A program made the translations under genes and the position numbers. A DNA stretch of 63,857 nt, counting the filler, from Octopus bimaculoides (lineage: Eukaryota), in assembly GCF_001194135.2 (NCBI RefSeq). It is 4 parts of 3 records of this genome, joined end to end, with 100 filler letters (N's around TTAATTAATTAA, not from the genome) between each part and the next. Parts side by side here need not be neighbours in the genome. Positions count along the whole stretch, not along the records: positions 1 to 17,682 come from NC_068982.1; positions 17,783 to 43,517 come from NC_069004.1; 2 more parts are not named here. The stretch is one strand, 5' to 3'. This document shows positions 13,674-27,232 of this stretch, piece after piece. Position 1 is the stretch's first letter; the number at the start of each line of letters is the position of its first letter. The notes beneath the pieces were generated by a model. The model saw only the letters and a program-made list of their open reading frames with translations. It did no database searches and was not told the origin of the DNA.

Positions 13674-14365
13674 GTTTGTCAATCCCTGTGTGTGTGTGTG
13701 GTAAGAATTGGAAACTTAGTGTTTCACAAGTTACTAGTGGTTTCATATTTTATCATCCCGGATCAGGAATCTTTGGACTGATAAGCAATGAAGGAATGAA
13801 AATAATAAAATATATAGGGGTGTCAACGATGTTGGACCTTGGCAGGACTTTGAAATCACAGACGTAAAAGAGCTTATAACTGAATCACGTCAGAGCATCA
13901 TTTGTTCAACACTAACGATTCTGCCCGGTGCCGTTTTAAGACATGGGCAGGGCCGCACGGGTGTAGTGACATATTTCTGATCTATGAACGTTGAGGCTTG
14001 CAATCAATCAATAAATGCTATAGCGGGGTCAGTGAATTGATTATATTTGGAGGCCTGCAATGGTGTTAAAACGGCCCTGGCTGTTACCGAGACACCCCAT
14101 ATGTACCATTCGAGTGTTGAAATTGATCCAATTGGCTACACCCTGCAAAAGTCATCCGTTCAAGTTCCCCCGCGTGGCACCTTAAGTGAGTGTTTTCTAC
14201 TATAGCCCAGGGCTGTGAGTTGATCCAGTCGACATAATCTGAAAGAAGTGTGTGTTGTGTTTGTCCCTCACCACCCCTTGAGAACCAGTGTTTGTTTACA
14301 TTCTAGTAAATTAGCGGTTCGGTAAAAGAGACCGATAAAATAAGTACAAGGCGCTAAAAAAAAGC

Positions 14366-14917
14366 AGTGTGTGTCAGCCGCATAAATGCTGTCGTGGAGC
14401 TGTAGTCAACGAATTCGATTTGCATCCATTATCCTACAGCCATAGCACTGGTAGGTTCCCCAGACGCGCCGATCTGAATGACATAATGTGAAGGAGTCCT
14501 CGAAGCAGCTTGTTTTCCGTCAAAACCGGGGGCAGTAGGTCTTGACCGCGGAGATAGTAAGCGCCCCAACGATATAACCCTCTTCCCACACGAGGAAAGC
14601 AGATCCCTAGTCTAGGACGCGACGTGCTGCAACACGCTCTCCGGTTCCAAACTCACAGCATCGGTCGCAAACCTGGGTATCGCGGCCCGTAACTCAAAGC
14701 TGAAGAAGATAAACCAATACACAGGGGCCTGACTGGTCGCCGTCGAGACGTCACTTGCTGTCGGATCCCGTACTATTGATATCTTCCGCAAAATCGGGAT
14801 AACTGCGGCCCCTATGACAAATGAGCTCTGTGAGGTGGGGGGTGCCTGTTGCAGCGAGTGTCACTGGCCATTCTCTGCGGCAACGCCTTTGTAATAACGT
14901 CCGCGAGGCGTGGCTGA
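14366..14917 (+). pseudogene. CRE-clade non-LTR retrotransposon C-terminus (zinc knuckle plus restriction-like endonuclease), degenerate
   Basis: Manual translation across stops and frameshifts: VCQPHKCCRGAVVNEFDLHPLSYSHSTGRF(P)RRADLNDIM...GLDRGDSKRPNDITLFPHEESRSLV*DATCCNTL...AVETSLAVG...QRVSLAILCGNA. This matches the CRE pattern RH..LND / D.KRPDG.TL.PW..GR.L.WD.T / QR.S.AIQRGNA. An AT-rich 3' UTR with aataaa follows to ~15100. Confidence 0.85.
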
Positions 14918-16479
14918 ACCCACAGTTTGTTCTGGGGTGTACAACCTGTTACTTCCCCTCCGTATTTTACTGTTTAATTCTCCCCCACCCTATTCCTTCA
15001 TGATGTAGTTTGGGGTAGGGGTTCTCAATAAAGTGATCTGTTATAATTTTAGTGTTCTATTCTTTCTTCCTTTCTTCCTATAAAAATATGTTAATAAATA
15101 AACAAGATTAAATTTTTAAGGAAATCACACGTTTATTTTATCGATCTAACAAGTTACTGGAAACGGAACAACGATGAATGAAGGGATGGACTTGCTAAAT
15201 ATAACAGCTAAATTTCCCTCAAATCACTCCATTTTCTTTTTAAATCAGGAGGCTATATTCAAATATGTTGTGGATATTAGGACAAACTATAAGTTGCTGG
15301 TGGATGATCTTTGATTACATTATCTGGTCAGTCAGAGACAACATGGAATTAAACAGAAACCAACAAGTTGCTAGAAATAGCAGCCATTGTAAAATAATTA
15401 AAAAAACGGGAATTCATAATTGGAGAATCCCTTTGATCATAGGATAAGCTCGTACAGGGCTAGAGGTGGGGGCTAAGCTGCTGCTGCTGCTACTACTACT
15501 ACTACTACTACTACAGAGCAAATATGAACAAAAACTGCTAGAATTATAGCTGTAACGCTAACTCATATTTGTATGTGTGTATATACATATGTGTGTCTAT
15601 AAATATATATATGTATGTGTATATATATATGTGTGTGTACATGTGTGTATATATACATATATGTATGTGTGTGGGAGAGAAAGAGAATTTGATACAGATA
15701 TTAATTTGTATATTTGTGTGGCTGTGTGTGGCTAAACGCACACGCTGCATTAAAGAGGCACTCAGCAATTTTTCTGTATCGATTTCTTTCAAATTTTGCT
15801 TACATTTATTATTTCTGCTTCCCGCAAATTTCTCTATTTCTCTTTAATAAATGATGTTTTTCTTTATTCACCTCAGACTTGGCCAACCGATTAAAACTGA
15901 CCATACAAACAAGGCTCCAGTTATTTCTTGACGGTTGCAAGTGGGACGATGGAAGAGGCGGGAAACCACATGTTGTTGTTTAACCCGTCAGACTTTAATC
16001 AGCGGGAAACTTCAATCCTCACTCACCCCGTTTTCTTTAAGGACTGTATAGTTTAATCTTTTCTATTATTCTATTATCGATTTTAAGTAGTGGCTGTGAC
16101 AATGCTGGGACCTGTCATTATTTTGTTTTTTTATTTTAAGAGGTTAGGATGCTGTGGTTGTTTATACCTAAGCTGGCTGTATAATAAAAGTCGTTCCATC
16201 TATGACTACGACGTCTTTATTTATTTCAGTTAGCGTTTTACTATATGTACAAACACATTATCCATCGTGTTGGATGATCACAGCAAAGAGTCTGATTTGC
16301 GCGAGATTTGGCTGTTATATCTAGCGAAATGAATGATCGCATATCACATACTCCCTCGTTATATCAAATGTGATTGTTGTTTAACTTCAAGTGGGCCCTG
16401 AAAGACCGAGCTGAAGTATGATTGATTATGAAGACGTTCCAAAGGTGACTTTCCTGTCTTTATTTCATTTGGAGTACTA

Positions 16480-16855
16480 CATGTTGAGGATCTCTGGTGT
16501 AACGTTCGTTACCCGACAGGATGCGTTGCTCAGAGATGGGGGTATCCCTCCAGATTGAGCTTCTGCTTTTCCGCTTTGAGAGGTCACAGCCCCGGTAATA
16601 CCGACATGCGATTGGAATGTCGCAGGAAAGAATCATAAGACGGATTCTTCGAGCGAAGTGAACTGGCAGGAGACCTTAAAGGTAGACCAAGAATGTGATT
16701 GTTGGATAATAATGCATAGTCTCACATGGTCACGCTTGGGAATCCAACCGAAAAGTGTGATGACAGTTGCTTCTGATAGGACCCTATTGAGTAGGTGTCT
16801 GAGGACTCTACCCTCCTAGGAATATTGGGCAGAGAAGATGGATGGATGGATGGAA
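16480..16855 (+). mobile_element. RTE-clade LINE 3' end, degenerate
   Basis: Translation DRMRCSEMGVSLQIELLLFRFERSQPR*YRHAIGMSQERIIRRILRAK*TGRRP / GRPRM / WSRLGIQPKSVMTVASDRTLLSRCLRTLPS*, typical of the RTE C-terminus, followed by a (GATG)n tail. Confidence 0.75.
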
Positions 16856-17161
16856 CATCATCGTCCATTTAACTATGAAGTTATTGTGTGATTTGGGTCA
16901 TGGGAGGGAGGAGATTTGACTGCCATTTCTAGCAGGTCGAGTGATCACGGAAGGGGCATCCCTTTTCATTGTAGTTAGGTTAAATTTGCCTTTCATCCTT
17001 TCCGGTGTCGACAAATTAAGTCCTTCCCACCAGTTGCCCTTCTGTTTTTAATAGCAGGCCACAGTCTTGCCCGAAGTAGGCATATGATCGGTGGCATACA
17101 AGTTCATGCTTCTTCACACACACACAAACATACACAAACACACACACACACNNNNNNNNNN

Positions 17162-17216
<55 letters not shown>

Positions 17217-17364
17217 TATTATTATTATTAGCTAGCTAGCTAGCTAGCTTCCTGTAACAGACTTAGGAAGCTAAGTTCCATGAGGCCGAGTCTAGTTGTT
17301 TTAAATATGTAACTCTTGCTAAATGTGTTGGGTGCCTCCCACTCACTCGTGTGTGTGTGTATGC

Positions 17365-17414
<50 letters not shown>

Positions 17415-17416
<2 letters not shown>

Positions 17417-17682
17417 TGTTTCAGTCATTTGACTGCGGCCCTGCTGGAGCACCGCCTTTAGTCGAGCAAATCGACCCCAAGCTTAGTATTTATTCTCTCG
17501 GTTTCTTTTGCCGAACCGCTAATTTACGGGGACGTAAACACACCAGCATCGGTTATCAAGCGAAGTTGGGGGGACAAACACAAACACAAATATATACACA
17601 CACATACATATATATATACATAAATACGACGGGCTGCTTTCAGTTTCCGTCTACCAAACCCACTCACAAGGCTTTGGTCGGC
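17415..17682 (-). mobile_element. SINE family A copy (3' two-thirds, truncated by gap), CpG-intact
   Basis: High identity to the complete copy at 29381-29793. Confidence 0.85.
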
Positions 17683-17860
17683 NNNNNNNNNNNNNNNNNN
17701 NNNNNNNNNNNNNNNNNNNNNNNNNNTTAATTAATTAANNNNNNNNNNNNNNNNNNNNNNNNNNNNNNNNNNNNNNNNNNNNACACACACACACACACAT
17801 GGTAACAGTGAACCACCAACAAAATGGTTAGCAGCACTATCATTCTTTTTTTTTTTTTTT

Positions 17861-18240
17861 TACTTGTTTCAGTCATTAGACTGTGGCCATGCTTGGGCAC
17901 TGCCTTGAAGAATTTTTATTCTTCAAATGAATCAATCCCAGTACCATTTTTAAAATTAATTTGTAAACCTGATTCTTATTCTATCAGTGTTCTTTTGCTA
18001 AAAATGAGTTTAGATGTAAACAAACCAACACCAGTTGTCAAGTGGTGGTGGGGGACAAACACAACCACACACACACACACAAGCACGTGTATATGATGGG
18101 CTTCTTTTGGTTTTCATTTACCAAATCCATTCACAAGGCTTTGGTCAGCCCTAGGCTATAGTATGAGACATTTGCCTAAAATGGTGCCATGCAGTGAGAC
18201 TGAACCCGGAACCATGTGGTTGGGAATCAGCTAGCTCCCC
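17861..18240 (-). mobile_element. SINE family A copy, CpG-decayed
   Basis: Aligns to family A along its length, with many CG>TG/CA changes (gactgtggcc, cactgcc, atgatgggc). Confidence 0.8.
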
Positions 18241-19255
18241 ACTGGACTCATCTTATAGGTGGTTGCTTTTTAATAAGATATTCAAACTTAGGAGGAAAAG
18301 GAGGAAGAGGACTTGGGATCTTTGTAGACCCCACCATTCCCACCAGATTGATATCTATGCTTAATGTCTTAACAACAATGATTTTAAGAACAACAAGAAT
18401 AAAGCAGACATTCGGTCTGAACGTTTACAACAGACAGAAATCTGCTAAAGGCTGGTTAATTCCAAGAAAAAGAGATTAATATTTTCAAGATAAATATCAC
18501 AAATATTTTTAAATTCATAAAATTTTTGTTCAAATGTGATTTTTTTTCCCTCTCCATTCATAATTTTACTTTGAAATACTTCATATTTTTAAATCAAGTG
18601 TCATATTTAATTCTTTGCTTTTATCAATATTTATTTGATATCTGCTGTCTCGACTTAATCAGTAACAGCCCCAAGACTGCAGTGGTTTAATGAAACTACA
18701 AAATTATCTCTAATGAAGACAGCGACAGTGAGTTAATCATCTCATTTTAAATGAAACAACATTTTTTTTTTTTAAACAATAAATAAATTTAACAAAACAG
18801 AAGTTGCTGTTCAGTAAGGCCACAGAATGGTGAAAAGTCAGACCATTTCTGAACTAAGGACGACCTGTCAGAGGAAATATCAGAAGAAAGGGTGGCAGTG
18901 GTGGTGGAGAACAGAAAAATAATATCAAAAAAAATTTCACAAATTTAAAACATATTTGGACATTTTTACTGGAAGTTTTGACAATGGTGATGATGCAGAT
19001 GAAGAAGATTGTGAGGATGAAAACAACATTACTACTACAAATAATAATAATAATAATAATAATAAAAATAATAATGATGATGATGATGATGATGATGAAG
19101 ATGATGACAATGATGATAATGATGATGATAATATATGATAGACAAAGTAAATAAATATGGTTTGAAGTCATCCAGCTAAATGAAGTTTAAAGAGAAAAGA
19201 ATTATGGAAATCAAAGTGGAAAAATAATTTTTTTAAAACAGAAAGTAAATGTTTT

Positions 19256-19296
<41 letters not shown>

Positions 19297-19562
19297 TACA
19301 TGCGTGCTTGTGTATGCATTTATGACTTTTTTCTCTTAACTAATCTTTTTTTTATATATTTTCTTTCCATTCTTTAAACATTTTTAACTCAAATGTTTCT
19401 GAAGAATTAAATAAATATTTAGATACTCCTACACAACTTTGGAAAGAGATCAAATTTTCATATTTATAGACATGCATACAAACATACATACATACATACA
19501 TACATACATACATACATACATACATAAAATCATCATCTTCATCATTATTTAACATTCATTTT

Positions 19563-19633
<71 letters not shown>

Positions 19634-19641
19634 TAGACACA

Positions 19642-19890
19642 GGAGCGGGTATGTGGTAAGTAGCTTGCTTACCAACCACTTGGTTTGGGTTCAGGCCCAT
19701 TGCATGGCACCTTGGGCAAGTGTCTCCTACAACTAGCCTCAGGCCAACCCAAGCCTTGTGAGTGGATTCAGTCGACGGAAACTAAAAGAAGCCTGTTGTA
19801 TATATATATATGCGCATATATATATATATGTATATATTTGTGTGTCTGTGTTTGTCACCCCCCCAATAGCGCTTGACAATTGATGTTGGT
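19642..19890 (+). mobile_element. SINE family A copy (5' part)
   Basis: gtatgtggtaagtagcttgcttaccaaccac...ggcaccttgggcaagtgtc head followed by the internal microsatellite. Confidence 0.8.
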
Positions 19891-20269
19891 GTGTGTATGT
19901 GTTTGTCTGTGTGTAATTACATAGAACAGTCAAGAATGTTCTTCGAGATTTTGTCTAAAGACCAATAGTAAACAATGATTGGAGAATATGATTCGGTCAA
20001 AGCCATTCCAGCCATGGCTATCCAGTCTTTCCTGAAGTATCTAGCACCACATTATCTAACATGTCCTTCCTGTTTTTAAAACTGTGCACTGTGACCAGAA
20101 GAATATTTGGCTGTTGTTTCCAGTACATTGAACGATCACCCAGTGTGTCACTATGTAACTCTTTGACACATTGTGCTGAGAGAAGATGATTCATGTGTGT
20201 GGTGTTTGAATAAAGTGAGTTTCTACTAAAAGGTCGATGGGTTCAAACTTAGCCTAAAGCAGTAAAGTG

Positions 20270-20544
20270 TGTGTGCGCGTGTGTGTGTGTGTGTGTATTA
20301 ATGCAGAGCATCTGATTATGACTGTTTTGTGTATGTATGTATGTATGTATGTATGTAGATATACACACACACACACACATAAATATATACATATATACAT
20401 ACACACACACATATATACATACACATACACACACACACATATATATATATACATACACATACACACACATATATATATACATACACATACACACACACAT
20501 ATATATACATACACATACACACACACACATATATATATATACAT

Positions 20545-20575
<31 letters not shown>

Positions 20576-20716
20576 CATGCATATATATATATATACATAC
20601 ATACACATATATATACATACATATATATACGTACATATATATGTATATATATATACATATATATATATATATGTGTGTGTGTATATGTATATATGTATAT
20701 GTATGTATATATATAT

Positions 20717-20751
<35 letters not shown>

Positions 20752-20810
20752 CACACATACATACATATACATGCATGAATGTATTTACAAACATACTTAC
20801 ATGCACTGAT
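20270..20810. repeat. Compound (CA)n/(TA)n/(TATG)n microsatellite, representative of dozens in the window
   Basis: Directly visible. Similar tracts at 23500-23850, 23930-24206, 26200-26590, 32920-33290 and 45910-46440, plus (ACT)n, (TAA)n, (CAT)n and (GATA)n runs elsewhere. Confidence 0.95.
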
Positions 20811-20933
20811 CTAAAGATAAGTGTAAATGTAAACACAAAAGATGAGGCTATTAGTTCAGTCAGTCTTAAATACTGGAGGCTAAAAGAAGACAGGCTCTCT
20901 CTCTCTCTCTCTCTCTCTTTTTCTCACACATAT

Positions 20934-20979
<46 letters not shown>

Positions 20980-21634
20980 CACTTTCTCCACAACAGGGTA
21001 TGAGTATATATGAGTGTATGTGTGTGTAGGTATGTATTGGGTTCTATATTGTTTTGACATGCCAAATTGTAAACATACATGTTGCACATATCTACAAGTG
21101 TGTTTACTTGATAAAACATATATACACAATATCATACATACATCATATACACTCACACAAAGATTCATAAAAAAAAAAAAGATGGCTTGATCACAGCTGG
21201 AATGCTTTTGATCGTGGGTCTGGTCTGGTCTGTCAAGACTGATCTCCTGACAAGCTAACAATAATAATCATCATTTTAACATCCGCTTTTCCATGCGTCC
21301 ATGGGTCGGATGGAATTTGTTGAGGAGAATTTTCTATGGTCTGATGTCTTTCCTGTCACCAACCCATGGCCAGACAAGTTTTTCGTGGCAGTGACACTCG
21401 TTTCATGCAAAGTCAAAACAAATAGACAGTAACACATGCATGTAAACATATGCATGATGGGCTTCTTTTAGTTTCCATCTACCAAGTTCACTCACAACAC
21501 TTTGATTGACCTAGGGTTATAGTAGAGGACACTTGACCAAGGTGCCACATTGCAGGATTGAACCTGAATCCATGTAGTTACAAAAAGGATTTCACGACCT
21601 TACAGTTGTGCTTGTATATGTTATTCTTTTATTC

Positions 21635-21970
21635 TTTTACTTGTTTCAGTCAGTTGACTGTGGCCATGCTGGAGCTACCTCAGTAGGTTTTTTTTTAGTC
21701 AAACAAATCGCCCCCAAGACTTATGTTTTTTAAGCCTAGTATTCGTTCTATCAGCCTCGATTGCTGAACCACTAAGTTATGTGGACATAAACACACCAAC
21801 ACCAGTTAAGTGGTGATGAAGAAACAAACACAGACACACACATGCGATGAGTTTCTTTTCAGTTTCCGTCTACCAAATCCACTCACAAGGCTTTGGTCAG
21901 CCCAAGACTATAGTTCTGAACCCAGGACCATGCGGTTGGGAAGCAAGCTTCTTACCACACAGCCATGCCT
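21635..21970 (-). mobile_element. SINE family A copy
   Basis: Tail ttttacttgtttcagtc through to head cacacagccatgcctgcg. Another head fragment lies at ~21455-21610. Confidence 0.8.
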
Positions 21971-23776
21971 GCGCTTGTTAGTTGGTGAAAGAATGTTTAA
22001 TAATGTATATTTGGGTAAAATCAAAGCTTTAATTATTTATAATATTTTATAGAAAAACAATTCTTTTTTAAATTTTGAGTTTGAATGTTGAACACAAAAG
22101 CTTTACCATTCTTCCTTCCACTCTCAATAAAATGAATACCAGTTATATACTGAGGTATAGTGGAATTGACATCCTCTTCCCGCCAATATTTGTGACCTTT
22201 TCAGAAATTATCTAATTTTAAAAATTGTGGATTTAAGGAAAGTGCTAAATTAACTGAATGATTTTTTTTGAGTAAATGTTCCCTAAGAATACCAACATGT
22301 AAATATTCATGGTGGATGACTGGCCAGTCTGGAGCAGGGAACCAGCTGTTGTTAGTTAATGTCTCTGTACTTTCAGAAAGAATCTCAGAAATATGCTTTA
22401 GCAAGAAACTGTAACCAACTTGTGAGAACCAATTCCAACAGAGGAGGTTTTTCACATTTTTCTCAATTGACACATTAACGTGGGAAAAAGACAAAGGACC
22501 TGTATCGACACCAATAGAGAGAGAAAAGAAGAACCTTCTGAAGAATTAACGTGGGAAAACCAATAGAAGTGCTAAGAGAGAAAGAATCTTTGGTGAAGAA
22601 GAACCGAAGAATTAAGAAAATAAAACAGAAAATGAAAGGGATTTGTTTTTCCCCAATAAGTAAAGCTTGTTCATTAGTAACCCTGTTATTCGCTTTGCCC
22701 CTGAAATGTTTTATGTGTTTATGTACATAGAAAACATAATGTCCTACGGTGACCCCCCAAACGAAATATAATTTAATGAGGCAGATTAGACGAAGAAGAA
22801 GAAAGTGAGGAGGCGAAACAAAAAGGGGGAATGTAAAGGGACAAAGAAAAGAATAAACAAGGAGAAAATATTTGAAGAAGGAGAAAGAGTTTCAAAGAAT
22901 TTTTAGCCCCTAACAAAAGAATGAAAATTAGTTTACAAAAAAAAAATATGTACATATGTATATATAAATAAAGATATAATAAAATAAAACAAAAAAGAAA
23001 CAAAAGAACAGTCAAACTGGTATGTAATATGGTTGGCATGTGACAAGGAATGGTCATAGCTGTGTGCCTGATGAGTGGAGTTAAAGGAGATGAAGTGTGC
23101 TGTGACGACAGCAACAGATGTTTAGAACAGGGCCTGGAACAAGAAGTCTTGTAGCCATGACTGGGGTGGGTAAGGGTGGCGGCGGTAGTGGTGGTGGTGG
23201 TGGTGGTGGGGTTTAGGATCATTATACTAAGACACTTGGTTATTACTGGCTGCTGCTACTGATGTTGCTGCCAATGTTGTGTTGCCCCACCATGTAAGAG
23301 GTGTGGGGAGGGGGGGGGGAGATATCAGGAGTGGAGGCTGGTGTTCAGTGAACAGTAAAGAACAAGAGACAGCAGCTAGACAGAAAAGAAATGAAGTAAA
23401 CTAAAAAATAAAACAAAAATGAGTAGTGAAACTTCAACAGTTAACAAGAAAATAAATACCTGACTGAGTGTATATGTCCATGTCTGTGTGAGTGTGCGTG
23501 TGTGTATAAGTATGTATGTACTTATAAATATACATATATATATATCTTTATGTATATACAAATATATGTGTATATATGTATATATATGTGTGTGTGTATG
23601 TATGTGTGTATGTACTTATAAATATACATATATATATATCTTTATGTATATACAAATATATGTGTATATATGTATATATATGTGTGTGTGTATGTACTTA
23701 TAAATATACATATATATATATCTTTATGTATATACAAATATATGTGTATATATGTATATATATGTGTGTGTGTATG

Positions 23777-23838
<62 letters not shown>

Positions 23839-24068
23839 CATACATACATACACAAACCTAAGATATGAAATATAGATACCATAAACCATCATTAGTTAAT
23901 TAATCTATATCCTCTCTTTTTCCCTTACAATGTGTGTGTGCATATACACACACACTCATATATACACATATATATACTATATATACACATACATATATAC
24001 ACATATATATACTATATATACACATACATATATACACATATATATACTATATATACACATACATATAC

Positions 24069-24113
<45 letters not shown>

Positions 24114-24161
24114 TACACGTGTGTAGTATACACACATGTATACACATAACATACATGTGTT

Positions 24162-24206
<45 letters not shown>

Positions 24207-25144
24207 NNNNNNNNNNNNNNNNNNNNNNNNNNNNNNNNNNNNNNNNNNNNNNNNNNNNNNNNNNNNNNNNNNNNNNNNNNNNNNNNNNNNNNNNNNNNNN
24301 NNNNNNNNNNNNNNNNNNNNNNNNNNNNNNNNNNNNNNNNNNNNNNNNNNNNNNNNNNNNNNNNNNNNNNNNNNNNNNNNNNNNNNNNNNNNNNNNNNNN
24401 NNNNNNNNNNNNNNNNNNNNNNNNNNNNNNNNNNNNNNNNNNNNNNNNNNNNNNNNNNNNNNNNNNNNNNNNNNNNNNNNNNNNNNNNNNNNNNNNNNNN
24501 NNNNNNNNNNNNNNNNNNNNNNNNNNNNNNNNNNNNNNNNNNNNNNNNNNNNNNNNNNNNNNNNNNNNNNNNNNNNNNNNNNNNNNNNNNNNNNNNNNNN
24601 NNNNNNNNNNNNNNNNNNNNNNNNNNNNNNNNNNNNNNNNNNNNNNNNNNNNNNNNNNNNNNNNNNNNNNNNNNNNNNNNNNNNNNNNNNNNNNNNNNNN
24701 NNNNNNNNNNNNNNNNNNNNNNNNNNNNNNNNNNNNNNNNNNNNNNNNNNNNNNNNNNNNNTATATATATATATATATATGTATAAACAAATGAAAGAAC
24801 AACACAGCCAATATATTTAGTAAGAGTTACATGTATTATGCAAAACAGTTTGATTTGGTTTCCATGCATAGAAACCAAATCGAACTGTTTCAAATGATGA
24901 TGATAATAATAATAATATTGGTATATATGACTTACTTTTACATGTTTCAGTCATTTGACTGTGGCCATGCTGGAGCACCGCCTTTAGTTGAGCAAATCGA
25001 CCCCAAAGCTTATTCCTTGTGAGTCTAATACTTATTCTATCAGTCTCTTTGTGCCGAGCCACTAAGTAATGGGGACGTAAACACACCAGTGTAAACATAC
25101 CAGTGTGTGTATATACACGCCAGTGTGTGTATATACACACACAG

Positions 25145-25177
<33 letters not shown>

Positions 25178-25834
25178 CAGTGTGCGATGGGTAAATTGTA
25201 GTGATTTTATATTTTCAGTTTCATGCATGTGCCTTGTTTGTTTTTGATTTTGTCAACTACAAAGTACAGTAGGGGTAGTTGGGCACTGTCTGTGAGAAAA
25301 ACAGCACCATGACGCAAATCACTCCACCAGAAATTTGGAAATGACATGTTGTGCTGCTTAGCATTTGCACCAGAAGCTCCAGTACGAACATTTTGGAGTG
25401 TTTGGGTGTCGACCTGAGCACAGTGCAATGTGAGGACATGTACTGTGAGTGATAAAAATCAAACATCCAGTCAAGATCATGGTGTTTGGATTGATCACTA
25501 GTGATGGTGACATTGTGCCTCCATTCATCTTCCAACACAGCCTCAGACTCGACACGGAGGCCTACATCAAGTGCCTGGAAGATATAGTGCTGCCCTGGGT
25601 CAAAAGGGTGGCTGCTGGGAAACCCTATGTTTGGAAACAGGGCTCTGCACCATGCCACACAAGCAGGAGAATCCAGTCATGGCTGTCAGACAATTTCTGA
25701 AACCACATCACCGCTAACATCAGGGCCACCTAACTCCCCACACTGCAACCCCCCTTCATTATTATGTGTGGGACACAGTTGAGCGAGAGGCCAACAAAAC
25801 TCTTTGAAGCACCAAAGATGAACTGAAGGCAACG
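25178..25834 (+). mobile_element. maT-family (DD37D) Tc1/mariner transposon, internally deleted and 3'-truncated
   Basis: Starts TA|CAGTGTGCG in a (TA)n tract. Short N-terminal frame MTQITPPEIWK*, then KHPVKIMVFGLITSDGDIVPPFIF...YIKCLEDIVLPWV...YVWKQGSAPCHTSRRIQSWLSDNF...NSPHCNPL.YYVW. Spacing between the QDSAP and NPLDY motif positions fits DD37D; the second Asp codon reads Gly here. Confidence 0.85.
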
Positions 25835-26239
25835 ATTTAGCTGCTATTTCTAGCAGAATAAGTACCTACATAGAAGCAATCTCTGCTTCAATCAAGATAA
25901 TCTGTCATTTCCTTATCAATACATTCATCAGGCAACTTACAGAATCTTAAAACAAGACAAGCGCTATTATCTTTTGTTCGACCCCTCTTGTATTTGTTTT
26001 GCTTAGGGGTAGATGGGAGGGGTTTTGAAACAAACAAATTAATTTGCTTCATTAATGTAAAACAATCTTAACAATGCCACATCGTTGAGATCTTTGTTGC
26101 TGCCATTATCACAATAATTACCAAACTCATGATCGCTACTTCACTTACATGGGCACCTCTGTTTCCTCCCTCTCTCTCTCTCACGCACAGACACACACAA
26201 ACACTCATAGTCATGTATGTATGTATCTGTATGTGCACA

Positions 26240-26307
<68 letters not shown>

Positions 26308-26445
26308 TGTATGTATCTGTGTATATATGTGTGAGAGTATATATATATGTATGTATCGCTGTATATTTGTGCACACACACACACATATATATATATACAT
26401 ATATGTATGCATATACATACATACACATATATGCATGTATGTATA

Positions 26446-26514
<69 letters not shown>

Positions 26515-27103
26515 GTATATATATATACACACATACACACACATATATGCATGTATGTATATATATATATATATATATACATATAGAGCACAAGCTGGAA
26601 ACATCAAAGACACTTCCACTTTCTTAATCTTTCATTGAGCGTTAAACCAATAATTACCAGTTGTTTTTTTTTTTTTCTTATATTTTGTCTTCTACGTTAT
26701 TATTTCCATGATAAATTTTGAATCTATCCATCGACAACTGCCCCCACCACCACCACCACCACCACCATCACACGCACACACAAATACCCCTACATGTTCT
26801 TTTCACTCGTTACGTTTCTCATTAAAGTATTCTTTAAATAAGAACATGCCACATGATTCCTATTCTGTTTGTGTGCATGTGTGTGTATCTGTCTGTGTGT
26901 CTTTTGTAAAGCAGCGTAAGGGTAAAGAAGCACTTCACAAGACTGACTTACCAAAGACTTCACATTCTAAATAGATTAGTTGTTATGAAGTGTGTCTCTG
27001 TGCCAGATACAGAGTCAGTGAAGCAGAAAAATATCGCATCACCTTATCTAATAAGCCTTCTAAGTAAGCTTCTCACCTTGTGCTGCTATTCACTGCTAAA
27101 ATG

Positions 27104-27175
<72 letters not shown>

Positions 27176-27232
27176 AGTAAAAATAAATACAAAAAAGGTG
27201 GGTTTTTTTGTATGATTGTTTATAGAGGAATC

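Noticed and set aside
13948-14079. Short element with cagggccg/cggccctg ends
   Set aside because: Only an 8-bp inverted match, no TSD and no second copy in the window.
17727-17738. TTAATTAATTAA island inside N runs (also 43562-43573 and 56318-56329)
   Set aside because: An identical 12-mer centred in ~100-nt N spacers that places stops in all six frames. It is a scaffolding spacer, not biology.
18854-19171. Asn/Asp-rich or poly-Ile frames
   Set aside because: Derived from (AAT)n/(GAT)n runs, with no start or convincing splice sites in frame.
20249-21029. Tyr/Ile/His/Thr/Cys/Val-rich ORFs here and throughout the track
   Set aside because: Translations of (TA)n, (CA)n and (TG)n microsatellites, which lack stop codons.
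22300-22345. WMTGQSGAG resembling a P-loop on the plus strand
   Set aside because: Lacks the essential GK(S/T), and the frame closes shortly after.
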